A DNA stretch of 64,000 bases from Gammaproteobacteria bacterium (GTDB taxonomy: Bacteria > Pseudomonadota > Gammaproteobacteria > UBA4575), in NCBI GenBank assembly GCA_965222615.1, contig CBDCUI010000009.1, positions 320,001-384,000 on the forward strand. The letters are read 5' to 3'. A program made the position numbers and the translations under genes. The notes beneath the pieces are model-generated. The model was not told the origin of the DNA, ran no database searches, and saw only the letters and a program-made list of their open reading frames with translations. The first letter of the stretch is position 1. Each line of letters starts with the position of its first letter. Of this stretch, positions 28,986-39,384 are shown in pieces.

Positions 28986-29396
28986 ATGCTAGAAATATTG
29001 AACGAATATAAGGACTTATTCATTGTTTTAGCATGGCTTTCGGCAGCTCTACTGATAATCAGTATTGCTATCGTCCCCGTCTTAGTTATAAAAATACCTG
29101 CAGATTATTTCAGTCAACAACGACGTATTAAGCTAAGTTCAAAAAGTAACCACCCCAAATTGGCACAATTTTTTAATGGGATAAGAAATCTACTTGGGTT
29201 TATCTTGATTTTATTAGGTTTATTAATGCTAGTGCTGCCGGGCCAAGGTATTTTAACTATTTTGATCGGTTTGTTTCTGATGAATTTCCCAGGTAAATAT
29301 AGACTTGAACGAAAATTGGTTTCCTTGCCTAAGGTGTTGAAATCATTAAACTGGATTCGCGCTAAGGCTAATAAAGAACCCTTCTTTTTATCATAG
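28986..29396 (+). CDS. PGPGW-family transmembrane protein
   Basis: IPADYF, MLVLPGQGILTILIGL, FPGKYRLE. Confidence 0.75.
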   Translation: MLEILNEYKDLFIVLAWLSAALLIISIAIVPVLVIKIPADYFSQQRRIKLSSKSNHPKLAQFFNGIRNLLGFILILLGLLMLVLPGQGILTILIGLFLMNFPGKYRLERKLVSLPKVLKSLNWIRAKANKEPFFLS

Positions 29397-29475
29397 AGGC
29401 TAACAATCATTAATTTTTCCTGATTTTATGCATACAATACTGCTCAGGAATAAACAACAAAGACAATAACTAGTT

Positions 29476-29898
29476 ATGACAGATCAAACTACAGCGCCAA
29501 CTGCCTCGCCTTTATTCAGCGGTATAACTTTACTTATTGGAATTATTTGTATCAGTGCTGCCGCAATTGGCATTTTTTGGATCAGTAAAATTCTTCCAGG
29601 TCTATACGCATCTTTATCCGAAGACGGTTACTCTTTTATGAAGAACGCAATTATATTTCACGCAGTTTGGCTAGTTTTTTTCTTAAGTCTCTTGCTTACA
29701 GGAATCAAGTTGATTATTTCTGCAATTAATAAACGAACGACTGATCTTGTCCCAGGCCTACCACTTTATTTTGTGGGCGCATCGCTAGTGGTCATCGGAT
29801 TGTTTTACCTCATATTTCAGCAAACTACTTATGCGATAATTGCAATTGTTGCAGGAATACTATGTATCTATTTCGAAGGCGCTGTTGAAATCACTTAA
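29476..29898 (+). CDS. Hypothetical membrane protein
   Basis: About four hydrophobic segments. Confidence 0.65.
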   Translation: MTDQTTAPTASPLFSGITLLIGIICISAAAIGIFWISKILPGLYASLSEDGYSFMKNAIIFHAVWLVFFLSLLLTGIKLIISAINKRTTDLVPGLPLYFVGASLVVIGLFYLIFQQTTYAIIAIVAGILCIYFEGAVEIT

Positions 29899-30135
29899 CC
29901 AGTTAAAAATACTACACCTCTTAGGTCACCCTAACCAACTTACCCAACATATATTAAAGCTCTGTTCTAAGCTGGTATTTATGTGATTGTATACCGCATT
30001 TTATCGGTATTTTTAGCTGTCTTTATCGGTAATTCCACCATTCCAGCCAGGTTTTGTGTCCCAATACGGCAATAAAAACTCTTTACAAATTATTGTTTTA
30101 AACACGCAATGCGTATAGTACTCAAGTGGGAGCAT

Positions 30136-30732
30136 ATGGAAATGCAGCATTCAGCAACAACAGTTCTAAAACACATTTTAATCGCCAGTATTTTTGGTTT
30201 ATGCATTAACAATGCACTTGCCGATGAATATGAAATTGCAAAGTCCGATGACGTCTATCAAGTACCTGATGATTACGATAAATCAGGGGACAAAAAACGT
30301 ATTCATTCTGAAAGCGAATCCATACTTGAAGATGGTAGACTTTTCTTACAGGTAAATTTAGCTTCTTATCATCCCGGTGAAGACAGTGATGATGATTTTA
30401 ATGAGTTTAACCCAGGCCTAGGACTCGAATATCATCTTAAACATTTCTATGTGGCTGGTGGTTTCTTTGAGAACAGTATTGATAAATTCAGTACTTATTG
30501 GGGCGTAGGTCATGAACGATCCATCTTTGTAGACTGGTTTGGGTTGGGTATATTAGGTGGTGTAGTTACAGGTTATGATGGCGGGTTCTCACCTCGCCTG
30601 GCTGTCGTGCCTTCTATGTTTATTAAGAAAGATCGAACTACATTTAAAGCCTATTATGTGCCAGCTGTAGGTGACGTCGATGAGGACGCTATTGGTTTTG
30701 CATTACGCTTCGATCTGGGCGGCATGTTCTAA
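30136..30732 (+). CDS. Small outer-membrane beta-barrel protein (PagP-like fold)
   Basis: Signal peptide ending ALA; SYH, NEFNPGLGLEY, FENS, GVVTGY; C-terminal Phe. Confidence 0.55.
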   Translation: MEMQHSATTVLKHILIASIFGLCINNALADEYEIAKSDDVYQVPDDYDKSGDKKRIHSESESILEDGRLFLQVNLASYHPGEDSDDDFNEFNPGLGLEYHLKHFYVAGGFFENSIDKFSTYWGVGHERSIFVDWFGLGILGGVVTGYDGGFSPRLAVVPSMFIKKDRTTFKAYYVPAVGDVDEDAIGFALRFDLGGMF

Positions 30733-30900
30733 CTGAGGTAAAGCATAAACGGGGGCAAGGATTTATTAAAACATTAGAAATGCTTTAGCCCCTATTCAGA
30801 CCATTAGTAGAGTAATTACATTTAATAAATACAAACAATATCTTTTCTTAAGCCCAAGCTCCCGTTATACTTTTTACGTCTATAGCGAAAACATATAGAT

Positions 30901-31311
30901 GTGAGCTTCAGCGATTTCATACTTAGTATTCTTGTTCTAGCCGGAATTTGCTTTGTCCTATGGGTCATGGATATCAATCCCTTTACTAAGCAATTACAGA
31001 TCTACAATCAAACATGCACAGAAATGATTTTAGATAACACCTATTGCAAAGGAGAATGGGTGGATAATCCGGTTGCTACTTACAACGTTGATAAAGCTTC
31101 TAATCAAGTAACGACATCGAACGGCGCCCAATTTAGCAATTGCACAGTAATTGATCGAAAAAACTGGGAATGTTTAGTAACGGATACGTCTGAAATAATT
31201 CAAGCAAAAAATGGGAAAGTTATCCTCGAAAACAAAGACCAGAATAGCAAACGTCAGATAACACGTTTAGAATGGTTGCAAAATAAGTTACTGGCTAAAA
31301 TCAGTCAGTAA
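30901..31311 (+). CDS. Hypothetical membrane-anchored Cys-containing protein
   Basis: N-terminal TM helix; CTVIDRKNWEC. Confidence 0.6.
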   Translation: MSFSDFILSILVLAGICFVLWVMDINPFTKQLQIYNQTCTEMILDNTYCKGEWVDNPVATYNVDKASNQVTTSNGAQFSNCTVIDRKNWECLVTDTSEIIQAKNGKVILENKDQNSKRQITRLEWLQNKLLAKISQ

Positions 31312-31347
31312 ATATAAAAAATTAGTGTTTTTCGTTGTTATTACCCA

Positions 31348-31491
31348 AGAAGCCCTGATTTATTAATGAAATGACTGAGATTAGGCTAAATGATTTCGAA
31401 AAAACGCAGTGTATATACTCATACATGAGTATTTTGAGAAATCATTACTAATTTACCTTTTTGGGACATATCAGAATAAATCAGAGCTTCT
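31348..31491. mobile_element. MITE-like repeat, complete copy A (144 bp)
   Basis: 17-bp terminal inverted repeats AGAAGC(C/T)CTGATTTATT with one mismatch; right half shared with 52948-53013 and 59047-59114. Confidence 0.75.
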
Positions 31492-31509
31492 CTAAATAGA
31501 TTGTTTCTT

Positions 31510-31854
31510 ATGAGTGAAACTACCATATTTGCAAAAATCGTAAATAAGGAAATTCCAGCCGATATTATTTTTGAAGATGATCTTTGCCTTGCCTTCAAAG
31601 ATGTAAATCCTCAAGCCCCTACACATATTCTTATCATCCCTAAAAAACCCATACCTAAACTCGTTGATGCAGATAACGATGACCAAGCACTGCTTGGACA
31701 CTTGCTTTTAACTGCAAGGGATATTGCAAAAAAGCTAGATTGCCAAGACGCATTCCGTATTGCTATCAATAACGGCGAACAAGCAGGCCAAACTGTTTTT
31801 CATTTACATGTACATTTGTTGGCAGGCAGACCTTTCAACTGGCCGCCAGGCTAA
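31510..31854 (+). CDS. hinT: Histidine triad nucleotide-binding protein
   Basis: TIFAKIV, PQAPTHILIIP, GQTVFHLHVHLL. Confidence 0.92.
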   Translation: MSETTIFAKIVNKEIPADIIFEDDLCLAFKDVNPQAPTHILIIPKKPIPKLVDADNDDQALLGHLLLTARDIAKKLDCQDAFRIAINNGEQAGQTVFHLHVHLLAGRPFNWPPG

Positions 31855-31894
31855 ATCCAAAAAAATACAGCCCCTGCTATTTTGACTACATAGT

Positions 31895-32767
31895 TCAGTC
31901 AGCTAACAGTTGTTCGCGGGCTTGCTGTAAGTTTTCACGTTCTTTGGCATCAATAGTCGGAAATTTTAAATTGAGACTATCTAAAGATTCTTTAATGATA
32001 TGCGCTACACAGTAGCGCATATAGAGTTTATCGTCTGCTGGAATAGCATACCAAGGTGCCCAAGCCTTAGAAGTGGCATTCAATGCCTCTTCATAGGCAT
32101 GCATATAGCTATCCCAACACTCACGTTCCTTAAGATCGGCCGAAGACCATTTCCAATGCTTTTCCTGCTCTTCAATCCTACTCAAAAAACGCTTTTTTTG
32201 TTCCTCTTTAGAGACGTTTAACCAAAATTTCAAAATAACTGTACCATTTCTCGCGAGATGCTTTTCCGCATCGCAAATAGACTCAAAGCGCTCTTTCCAT
32301 ATGGTGTTAAAGTCTATTGAGTCAGGCAAGTTTTGAAAGTTAAGAATTTCTGGGTGTACACGAACGACAAGTACTTCTTCATAGTAGCTGCGATTGAAAA
32401 TTCCTATGCGACCTCTTTCGGGTAAACACTTAGTAGTGCGCCATAGAAAATCGTGGTCGAGCTCGGCATCAGATGGTTTTTTAAATGAATAGACTTGGCA
32501 TCCCGCAGGATTGATACCAGTCATTACCGAACGAATAGTAGAATCCTTCCCCGCAGCGTCCATTGCTTGAAAAATCAATAGAATTGCATGTCGATCATAG
32601 GCATATAGCATGCGCTGTAAATCACGCATATCACCAATGATATTTTTTATTTCTTTTTTATAATTTTTTGAATCGTTTTTATTCTCAGTTGGTGAAGTAA
32701 CAGATGAACTGACTGAAAAGCTTCCGTCAAATGGCACTAAATAAGGTGAGTAAATAGCTTCAAACAT
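31895..32767 (-). CDS. ppk2: Polyphosphate kinase 2 family (class III-like)
   Basis: [32 protein letters not shown]. Confidence 0.92.
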   Translation of the reverse strand: MFEAIYSPYLVPFDGSFSVSSSVTSPTENKNDSKNYKKEIKNIIGDMRDLQRMLYAYDRHAILLIFQAMDAAGKDSTIRSVMTGINPAGCQVYSFKKPSDAELDHDFLWRTTKCLPERGRIGIFNRSYYEEVLVVRVHPEILNFQNLPDSIDFNTIWKERFESICDAEKHLARNGTVILKFWLNVSKEEQKKRFLSRIEEQEKHWKWSSADLKERECWDSYMHAYEEALNATSKAWAPWYAIPADDKLYMRYCVAHIIKESLDSLNLKFPTIDAKERENLQQAREQLLAD

Positions 32768-32786
32768 CTAGTTTTATTATTAAAAC

Positions 32787-32818
32787 AAAAAAGCCCCTTA
32801 ATAAACTAAGGGGCTTTT
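32787..32818 (-). terminator. Rho-independent terminator
   Basis: AAAAGCCCCTTA-N6-TAAGGGGCTTTT. Confidence 0.85.
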
Positions 32819-32843
32819 GGTACAAGGGTACTATAACGCTAGA

Positions 32844-34364
32844 TTAGATTTTAACGCCCAGTTTTTTCAAAGTCTGAATAGTAAGACCACCACGTGGTAA
32901 ACCATTCGCCCTTTGGAAGGCATCAACGGCCACCAACGTTTGGTTACCAATCACGCCATCTATGGGACCAGGATCATGTCCAGCTTTCTTTAATGCACGT
33001 TGAATATCAGTGATCGTTGTACCACTCATATTGGTTTCGCACAAAACAGGACGCCACTGCATGTTCTCTTCTTTAACTTTAACTTTCTTGGAAACTACTT
33101 GAGTTTTTGCTGGAATTTCGATTTTTTTCTCAGTTGCAGGTGTAACTAATTTACGTTTTTTGACAATTTTATACTCTGCTGGAATTTCAACTATTTTTGT
33201 GTTTGCCGGTGTTTTTACTTTCTTTTGCTTGACGGTCTTATGTACAGCTGGAATTTCCTTTAAACAAAGTGTTGCACCAGTCGGTTTTCCATCGATTTTA
33301 CTTCCGCGCACTGCCCACATAACTTTTTCATCTGCAGTTTTCAGGCGTTTGGTAACGGTCTCATAGGAAGCAGGAATCTCAGTTTTCTTTTCCTGAGCAG
33401 GAGTGACAAGTTTACGAACTTTTTCAACTTTGTATTCTGCAGGAATTTCTACTTTTTTCGTAGTTGATGGAGATTTTAAAACTCTCTTACTAACCGTTTT
33501 ATAGACAGCAGGCACTTCGACTAAACACATGATCTCGCCAGTACTATTATCCAAGCGCTCAACGGGACCACGCCCTTTTTTCCATTCAGTTGTTGCAGGT
33601 TTAACTAATACTTTTTCAGTAACCGTCTCATAAACTGCTGGGATCTCAATTAGTTTCGATGAGGCTTCCTTAACAAGTACTCTCTCCTCTTTCCACTCAT
33701 ATTTGGCAGGTACCACTTCTATCTTTTGTGAAGCTTCAGCTGTAAGAACTTGCTGTGTCTCAGTCTTGTATTGAGCTGGTATATGATATTCAGCGTAGCA
33801 GTTACCAACTTTTGCATCTGCTAAGTTTAAGCCGTTTGCAACCGCACCAGCCAAAATGGATGGGTTCGCTCGTCCTGCATTTTTAGACGTGCCTTTAGTC
33901 CACATTTTTTCTGCTGGTGTAACTAAAACTTTTTCAGTAACCGTTGTATACGTGGCAGGTACAGGCACTAATTTTTTCGATGCCTCTTTTACTAATACTT
34001 TCTCTTCTGCCCATTCGTATTTAGCAGGAATAATTTCAATCTTTGAAGAAGCTTCTTTCACAGTTACTGTTTGAGATTCTGTCTTGTATTCAGCTGGAAT
34101 AATCACTTTTGCATAGCATTCTCCAGCTTTCGCATTGGGCAAAGCAGATGCCGCATCACCTATCGTATTACCAACTGTGGTTGCAACGGATTTAGCCGCT
34201 GAAGCAGTCGCCTCACCTGCGTCCTTCATCATCTCCCCAGCCTCTTTGACCATCTCCTCGGCCTGCTCAGTAGCTTTCTTTTCATGCGAATCGGAGAATA
34301 CGGCTGAGACACCAAACAACAGTGAAAAAGCCACTGCTGCATTTAAAATTCTCTTAGTTTTCAT
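32844..34364 (-). CDS. Exported repeat protein with C-terminal peptidoglycan-binding domain
   Basis: Signal peptide; twelve ~23-aa [IV]PAxY repeats; IQRALKKAGHDPGPIDGVIGNQT...FQRANGL (PG_binding_1). Confidence 0.8.
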   Translation of the reverse strand: MKTKRILNAAVAFSLLFGVSAVFSDSHEKKATEQAEEMVKEAGEMMKDAGEATASAAKSVATTVGNTIGDAASALPNAKAGECYAKVIIPAEYKTESQTVTVKEASSKIEIIPAKYEWAEEKVLVKEASKKLVPVPATYTTVTEKVLVTPAEKMWTKGTSKNAGRANPSILAGAVANGLNLADAKVGNCYAEYHIPAQYKTETQQVLTAEASQKIEVVPAKYEWKEERVLVKEASSKLIEIPAVYETVTEKVLVKPATTEWKKGRGPVERLDNSTGEIMCLVEVPAVYKTVSKRVLKSPSTTKKVEIPAEYKVEKVRKLVTPAQEKKTEIPASYETVTKRLKTADEKVMWAVRGSKIDGKPTGATLCLKEIPAVHKTVKQKKVKTPANTKIVEIPAEYKIVKKRKLVTPATEKKIEIPAKTQVVSKKVKVKEENMQWRPVLCETNMSGTTITDIQRALKKAGHDPGPIDGVIGNQTLVAVDAFQRANGLPRGGLTIQTLKKLGVKI

Positions 34365-34567
34365 CTAGTTCTCCACTAAAGTTAATTATAAATATCACGA
34401 CAATACTCGTAATGTAATTCAATTATGATTACGAATTTAAGATTCGTATTACGAATTAAGATTGAGTAACTATTTTTATTCAAAAACAATTATACGCGAA
34501 CCACTTTTGAACAAAAAGCTTATCTCATAAAAGGTATACAGAACGTTATTACGATTAGTTACTACTA

Positions 34568-35404
34568 TCACCGACAGTGTTTCTCTCTAATCGCCAATGC
34601 ATCAGGCATCCATTCGTTGAGTTGCTGAATACGTGTTGCATGACTTGGGTGAGTCGACATGAATTCCTGTGGTTGACCTTTACTATTTTCAGCCATTCGT
34701 TCCCATATCCTAGGTGCTTCTCGAGGGTCATAGCATGCACGTGCTAAATAGACCAGTCCCATATAATCTGCTTCAGATTCATGCTTACGAGAAAATGGCA
34801 GTAGTACGCCATATTGTGCACCCATGCCTAGTGCACCCATTATCATCCTTTGTGTTCCTACATCCATGGAACCCAAGGCCATACTCGCAGCCATGCTGCC
34901 ATACTGCACCAGCTTTTGATGCGCCATTCTTTCTGCACCGTGTCGAGCAACAGCATGGGCAATCTCATGCCCCATTACCGCACTGAGACCATCTACATTT
35001 TGTACAATGGGTAAAATTCCCGTATAGACGGCAACCTTTCCACCAGGCAATGCAAAGGCATTGGCTTGGTCGGATTCAATTACATTAAATTCCCAATCAA
35101 ACCCAGGATCATCTTCAATCACTTTTGCTAAGCGATAGCCAATTTCTCGTACCAGATCTACTGCCTGCCCAGAACGCAAAACTTTAGACTCGGACAATAC
35201 TTGTTGATAAGTTTGTAAGCCAAGCGCCGCTTCTTGCTCACGGGTAATATCGACAAGTTGTGAGCGACCGGTTAAGGGGACCTCTTCTTGATTACTAAAA
35301 TAGTAGTACGCTAAGTAAAGACCAAATAGAACTATAGGTAATAACCTTAACGCGCCACCACGACGCTGACCTTTACGCCCATATCGATACGCTCTTCTTC
35401 TCAT
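34568..35404 (-). CDS. M48 family zinc metallopeptidase
   Basis: NAFALPGG, GHEIAH, ESEAD, FMSTHPS. Confidence 0.92.
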   Translation of the reverse strand: MRRRAYRYGRKGQRRGGALRLLPIVLFGLYLAYYYFSNQEEVPLTGRSQLVDITREQEAALGLQTYQQVLSESKVLRSGQAVDLVREIGYRLAKVIEDDPGFDWEFNVIESDQANAFALPGGKVAVYTGILPIVQNVDGLSAVMGHEIAHAVARHGAERMAHQKLVQYGSMAASMALGSMDVGTQRMIMGALGMGAQYGVLLPFSRKHESEADYMGLVYLARACYDPREAPRIWERMAENSKGQPQEFMSTHPSHATRIQQLNEWMPDALAIREKHCR

Positions 35405-35428
35405 ATTGATTTATCAAGTACAGAAAAG

Positions 35429-35986
35429 TTATTTTATTAAGGCCTTAGCACCTATTCTTAGTACGTCGTCAATGATTGATCCATCACCACCTACATCTAA
35501 AACTCCACTAAGCATGTCTAAGAAAGCATTATTAGACGTTTGGTTTGCACGTGCCCCTAACATGCCTTCAGTAGAAGCGCGCTTATTTAAGGCACCCATT
35601 ACAACGGCTGCAATAATTGGCAACATCTTTTTGATTAAGGCAGGATCGATGCCCGTTTTTGCAGAAGCATGCTTGGCAAGACTGCGGCTTGCATCTTTGT
35701 TACCCAGTATATGACCAAGAATTCCATTACCATCCATACGAGTATCTTGAGAATCTAAGATATTGGGTTCGTCATAATAGCGATCATGATTGCCACTATT
35801 TAAAGCGCGCAAAAGACTTTCTAAACCATTATTTGTACTTGCCCCATTACGTAGACCTCCAGCAATTACTGGTAATACTTGGCCTAATAATTCTTGTAAT
35901 TGATTAGATTGTAATCCTGACATGGATGAAAGCGCGTCTAAAGGACCACCTTTTGGTGACTGAAGTAAAATATCTAGTATGTTCAT
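35429..35986 (-). CDS. DUF937 family protein
   Basis: DGNGILGHILG, MLPIIAAVVMGAL, DGSIIDDV. Confidence 0.8.
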   Translation of the reverse strand: MNILDILLQSPKGGPLDALSSMSGLQSNQLQELLGQVLPVIAGGLRNGASTNNGLESLLRALNSGNHDRYYDEPNILDSQDTRMDGNGILGHILGNKDASRSLAKHASAKTGIDPALIKKMLPIIAAVVMGALNKRASTEGMLGARANQTSNNAFLDMLSGVLDVGGDGSIIDDVLRIGAKALIK

Positions 35987-36062
35987 ATCATTATTAATAG
36001 TTGTAATTTAACAATTACAATTATGTAAAGTTTGTTATTGGAATATTTAGTATTACATAAAC

Positions 36063-37250
36063 TCACGAATGTTTTGAATAAAAAGTTTCAGCATGTTTTG
36101 CAATCATTAATGCCTCATTGGTAGGAATTACCAATATTTCCACATCGCTTTTCTGGGTATTAATACGTAGATGGTTGTTATCATTTGCTTCAGCATCGAT
36201 ATGAATTCCAGCCCAATACGCTAATTTACATATTTTTTTACGAATAATGGGTGAATTTTCACCAATTCCTGCAGTAAATACGAATAAATCTATACCTCCC
36301 AACTCTGCAACCAACATACCTAAATGACGATTTACTTGATAGCAAAACATTTCCACAGCTCGTTTGCTGTTTTTTGTGTTTGAATTTAATAATTTTTTCA
36401 TATTATTGCTTTCGCCGGATATGCCTAATAACCCTGACTGCTTATAAAGTAAATTTGAAACTTCTTCGACGCTTAATGAAAGCTCATCAAGTAAATACAA
36501 CACAATACCAGGATCTAAATCTCCACATCGAGTACCCATAAGCAGCCCATCTAAAGGCGTAAAACTCATGGTTGTAGCAATGGACTTTGCATTTTGAATG
36601 GCACACATACTTGCACCATTCCCCAAGTGTGCAACTACAATTTTTTTATTATCTATTTCATCTTCTTGTTGCAAATATTGCACAATGTATTCATAAGACA
36701 AGCCATGAAATCCATAGCGCCTTACACCTTTTTCAAAGTAATCATCTGATAAGCCAAAGCGTACGGCATGATCAGGTTGTGTTTGATGAAAGGCCGTGTC
36801 GAAACAAGCAATCTGGGGCAGATGTTGGTATATGTTTTGTATTACATGAATTGGAGCTAAGTTGTGCTGCTGGTGTAAAGGTGCCAGTGGCTGATAGCTT
36901 TCTAAATCTGCATATACTTGCTCATCGATTAAAACTGGACCTGAATATTTTGACCCACCATGAACAATCCGATGTCCTACTGCCGCTAAATTTATAGAAG
37001 ATTGTTGACTCAACCATCCTAAGAAAAACTCTATTGCAACAGTATGGTTTGGTGATTGAATTGAGACTTCTGCAAGCGATTTTTTGAGAATGTTTCGTTT
37101 GCTCTGATCATAAATTTCAAGTTGTGCATCTTGATGAAAAAGTCGAACAGCGCGTGCAGAAAATACAGCTTGTAAAGAACTGTTATACGAAGCAAAAACT
37201 GAAAACTTGACACTGGAAGAACCAGCATTGATGACGAGAATATTATTCAA
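36063..37250 (-). CDS. ackA: Acetate/propionate kinase
   Basis: INAGSSSVKF, GHRIVHGG, FDTAFH, RRYGFHGLS, HLGNGAS, FTAGIGEN, IPTNE. Confidence 0.95.
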   Translation of the reverse strand: MNNILVINAGSSSVKFSVFASYNSSLQAVFSARAVRLFHQDAQLEIYDQSKRNILKKSLAEVSIQSPNHTVAIEFFLGWLSQQSSINLAAVGHRIVHGGSKYSGPVLIDEQVYADLESYQPLAPLHQQHNLAPIHVIQNIYQHLPQIACFDTAFHQTQPDHAVRFGLSDDYFEKGVRRYGFHGLSYEYIVQYLQQEDEIDNKKIVVAHLGNGASMCAIQNAKSIATTMSFTPLDGLLMGTRCGDLDPGIVLYLLDELSLSVEEVSNLLYKQSGLLGISGESNNMKKLLNSNTKNSKRAVEMFCYQVNRHLGMLVAELGGIDLFVFTAGIGENSPIIRKKICKLAYWAGIHIDAEANDNNHLRINTQKSDVEILVIPTNEALMIAKHAETFYSKHS

Positions 37251-37302
37251 AGCTTGAAGATGAATATTGTTATTTATTTAGACGTAGTTGTATAAACATC
37301 AA

Positions 37303-38226
37303 TTAAGCTTGGTGATTGTGAATCATCACGGCCAAGGCACAAGCCGCCAAACGACTGGTCGCATCATCGGCACGACTTGGGAGCACTATTGGCACTTTAG
37401 CGCCAAGCACAATTCCTGCACCCTCAGCTTGTGCAAGATACTCTAGTTGTTTGGCAAGCATATTACCCGCCTCGATATCCGGAACTATAAGCACTTCGGC
37501 TTTACCCGCAACATCCGATACAATGCCTTTGGTTTTTACGGCTTGTGGTGAAATCGCATTATCGAATGCAAGCGGGCCATCAATGAGTGCGCCTTTAATC
37601 TGCCCACGATCTGCCATTTTACACAGTGCAGCCGCATGTAAGGTGGATTCAATTTTCGAGGTCACCGTTTCGACTGCCGATAACACTGCAACCTTGGGTT
37701 CTTTAATGGCCAAAATATGTGCCAAATCAATTGCATTGCGTATGATGTCGGCTTTCATTTCTAGATCAGGCTCAATATTAATGGCCGCATCAGTAATAAA
37801 TAGCGGTCGAGGGTATGTAGGTACATCGAAGGCAAACACATGACTCATGCGGCGCTCAGTCCTTAGTCCCCCTTCACGGCTCACTACGGCACTCATTAAC
37901 TCATCGGTATGAATTTTACCTTTCATGATTGCAGCTGCTTGTCCATCTCGTGCCATTTCTACTGCAAGTTTAGCTGCAGCATGACTATGTTCGGCTTGAA
38001 TAATTTGATAGCGGCTAATATCAAGCTGCGCATCATCGGCTGCTTGTCTAATACGCCGTTTGGGTCCAACCAATATAGGTTCGATTAAATTTTCTTCCGC
38101 GGCTTCAATAACGCCCAAAAGCGAGCTTTTACCCACCGGATGTACTACGGCAATTTTTAGCGGTGACTCATTTGTAACAGCTTTTAACAATCGCTCCAAA
38201 TGCGGACGTTGAATTTTAGAGTCCAT
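37303..38226 (-). CDS. pta: Phosphate acetyl/butyryltransferase
   Basis: MKGKIHT, TDAAINI, DGPLAFDNAIS, PDIEAGN, SRAD; next to ackA. Confidence 0.85.
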   Translation of the reverse strand: MDSKIQRPHLERLLKAVTNESPLKIAVVHPVGKSSLLGVIEAAEENLIEPILVGPKRRIRQAADDAQLDISRYQIIQAEHSHAAAKLAVEMARDGQAAAIMKGKIHTDELMSAVVSREGGLRTERRMSHVFAFDVPTYPRPLFITDAAINIEPDLEMKADIIRNAIDLAHILAIKEPKVAVLSAVETVTSKIESTLHAAALCKMADRGQIKGALIDGPLAFDNAISPQAVKTKGIVSDVAGKAEVLIVPDIEAGNMLAKQLEYLAQAEGAGIVLGAKVPIVLPSRADDATSRLAACALAVMIHNHQA

Positions 38227-38368
38227 AGAAAATAGCCTGAATAAATAAAATATGAAACCAGTTTTAAATAAACGAGTCCAACAATATTATCTAATTACAA
38301 TTTTATGATAACTAGGGTAAGCTAGATTTGATCAAATTTGAATATTAATAATACTAAGGAGGACCGGA

Positions 38369-38572
38369 ATGAGTGTCGCCAAGATCACAGAAATCAGTGC
38401 TTCATCTTCAAAAAGCTATGAAGATGCAATCAGCACTGGTATTGCGCGTGCAAATAAAACCCTTACAGGTATTAAAAGCGCCTGGGTAAAAGATCATCAA
38501 GTATCTGTGGACAATGGAAAAATCACTGACCATCGCGTAATGCTTAAGATTACGTTTGTCATTGACGACTAA
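38369..38572 (+). CDS. Dodecin family protein
   Basis: AAGGAGG RBS; SVAKITEI...SYEDAI...KITF. Confidence 0.88.
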   Translation: MSVAKITEISASSSKSYEDAISTGIARANKTLTGIKSAWVKDHQVSVDNGKITDHRVMLKITFVIDD

Positions 38573-38621
38573 ATCATAGACAGGACATGGAAGTCCTCCA
38601 TTTAATTTTAAACAATTACTT

Positions 38622-38864
38622 ATGAAGAATTTTATTGTAGCAATAATAGGCATTATCTCCGCTATGTATCTACTTAATGTTGGTTATGGTTTTGTGGAAC
38701 TAATCCCTGATAATTTTCCCGTTATCGGCAACTTGGACGAAGCCACTGCAACAGCACTACTACTAAGCTGTTTGAGTTATTTTGGGATTGACTTATTTAA
38801 TATCTTTAAAAAGGATTCAAAAGAAAACCAAACAGAAGCCAACCATGAAATACCAAAAAAATAA
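38622..38864 (+). CDS. DUF1232 (YkvA-like) small membrane protein
   Basis: ELIPDNFPVIGNLDE. Confidence 0.8.
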   Translation: MKNFIVAIIGIISAMYLLNVGYGFVELIPDNFPVIGNLDEATATALLLSCLSYFGIDLFNIFKKDSKENQTEANHEIPKK

Positions 38865-38913
38865 TTTATAAAACAGGTATGCCAACCAGCTTAGGCAATA
38901 TAACTATCTAAAC

Positions 38914-39357
38914 TCAATCATTTCTACGAATTTCTTTTAGTCGTTGATCCATCCAATGTATCAAACATTCTATGCGCTGGTTTTTACCTACTTTTTCTTG
39001 TAGATCTTCTAAGTTATTTTTCAAGTACAAGATGATTTCCTCGAATTTATGTGACCGCTCACGATAATAGTCTACGCTTGCTTTTAATTTACGTATTTCA
39101 AGCGACATTTCTTCTAAAGTCATTTCGCCATGTTGTTTAGCCGCACCCGTTGCAAAAGACTGCTCTTTAATTTTAGTGACTAAAGAAAGCATATCTACTT
39201 CATCAATACATACCATTGGATAACATTCAATCAGATCATCAATATGAATTTGTCCGCGAGTGGCAGCGAGTTCTTTATTATTGATTTTAAATCGGATCTC
39301 TTTTACAGATACATTGGCAAGCGATGCAGCTTTGATTATGGAGACGAAACGTGGCAC
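38914..39357 (-). CDS. Hypothetical protein, possible N-terminal HTH and C-terminal coiled coil
   Basis: SIIKAASLANVS pattern; heptad-rich C-terminus. Confidence 0.55.
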   Translation of the reverse strand: MPRFVSIIKAASLANVSVKEIRFKINNKELAATRGQIHIDDLIECYPMVCIDEVDMLSLVTKIKEQSFATGAAKQHGEMTLEEMSLEIRKLKASVDYYRERSHKFEEIILYLKNNLEDLQEKVGKNQRIECLIHWMDQRLKEIRRND

Positions 39358-39384
39358 TGAATTTATTGAACCACTAATGTGAAT

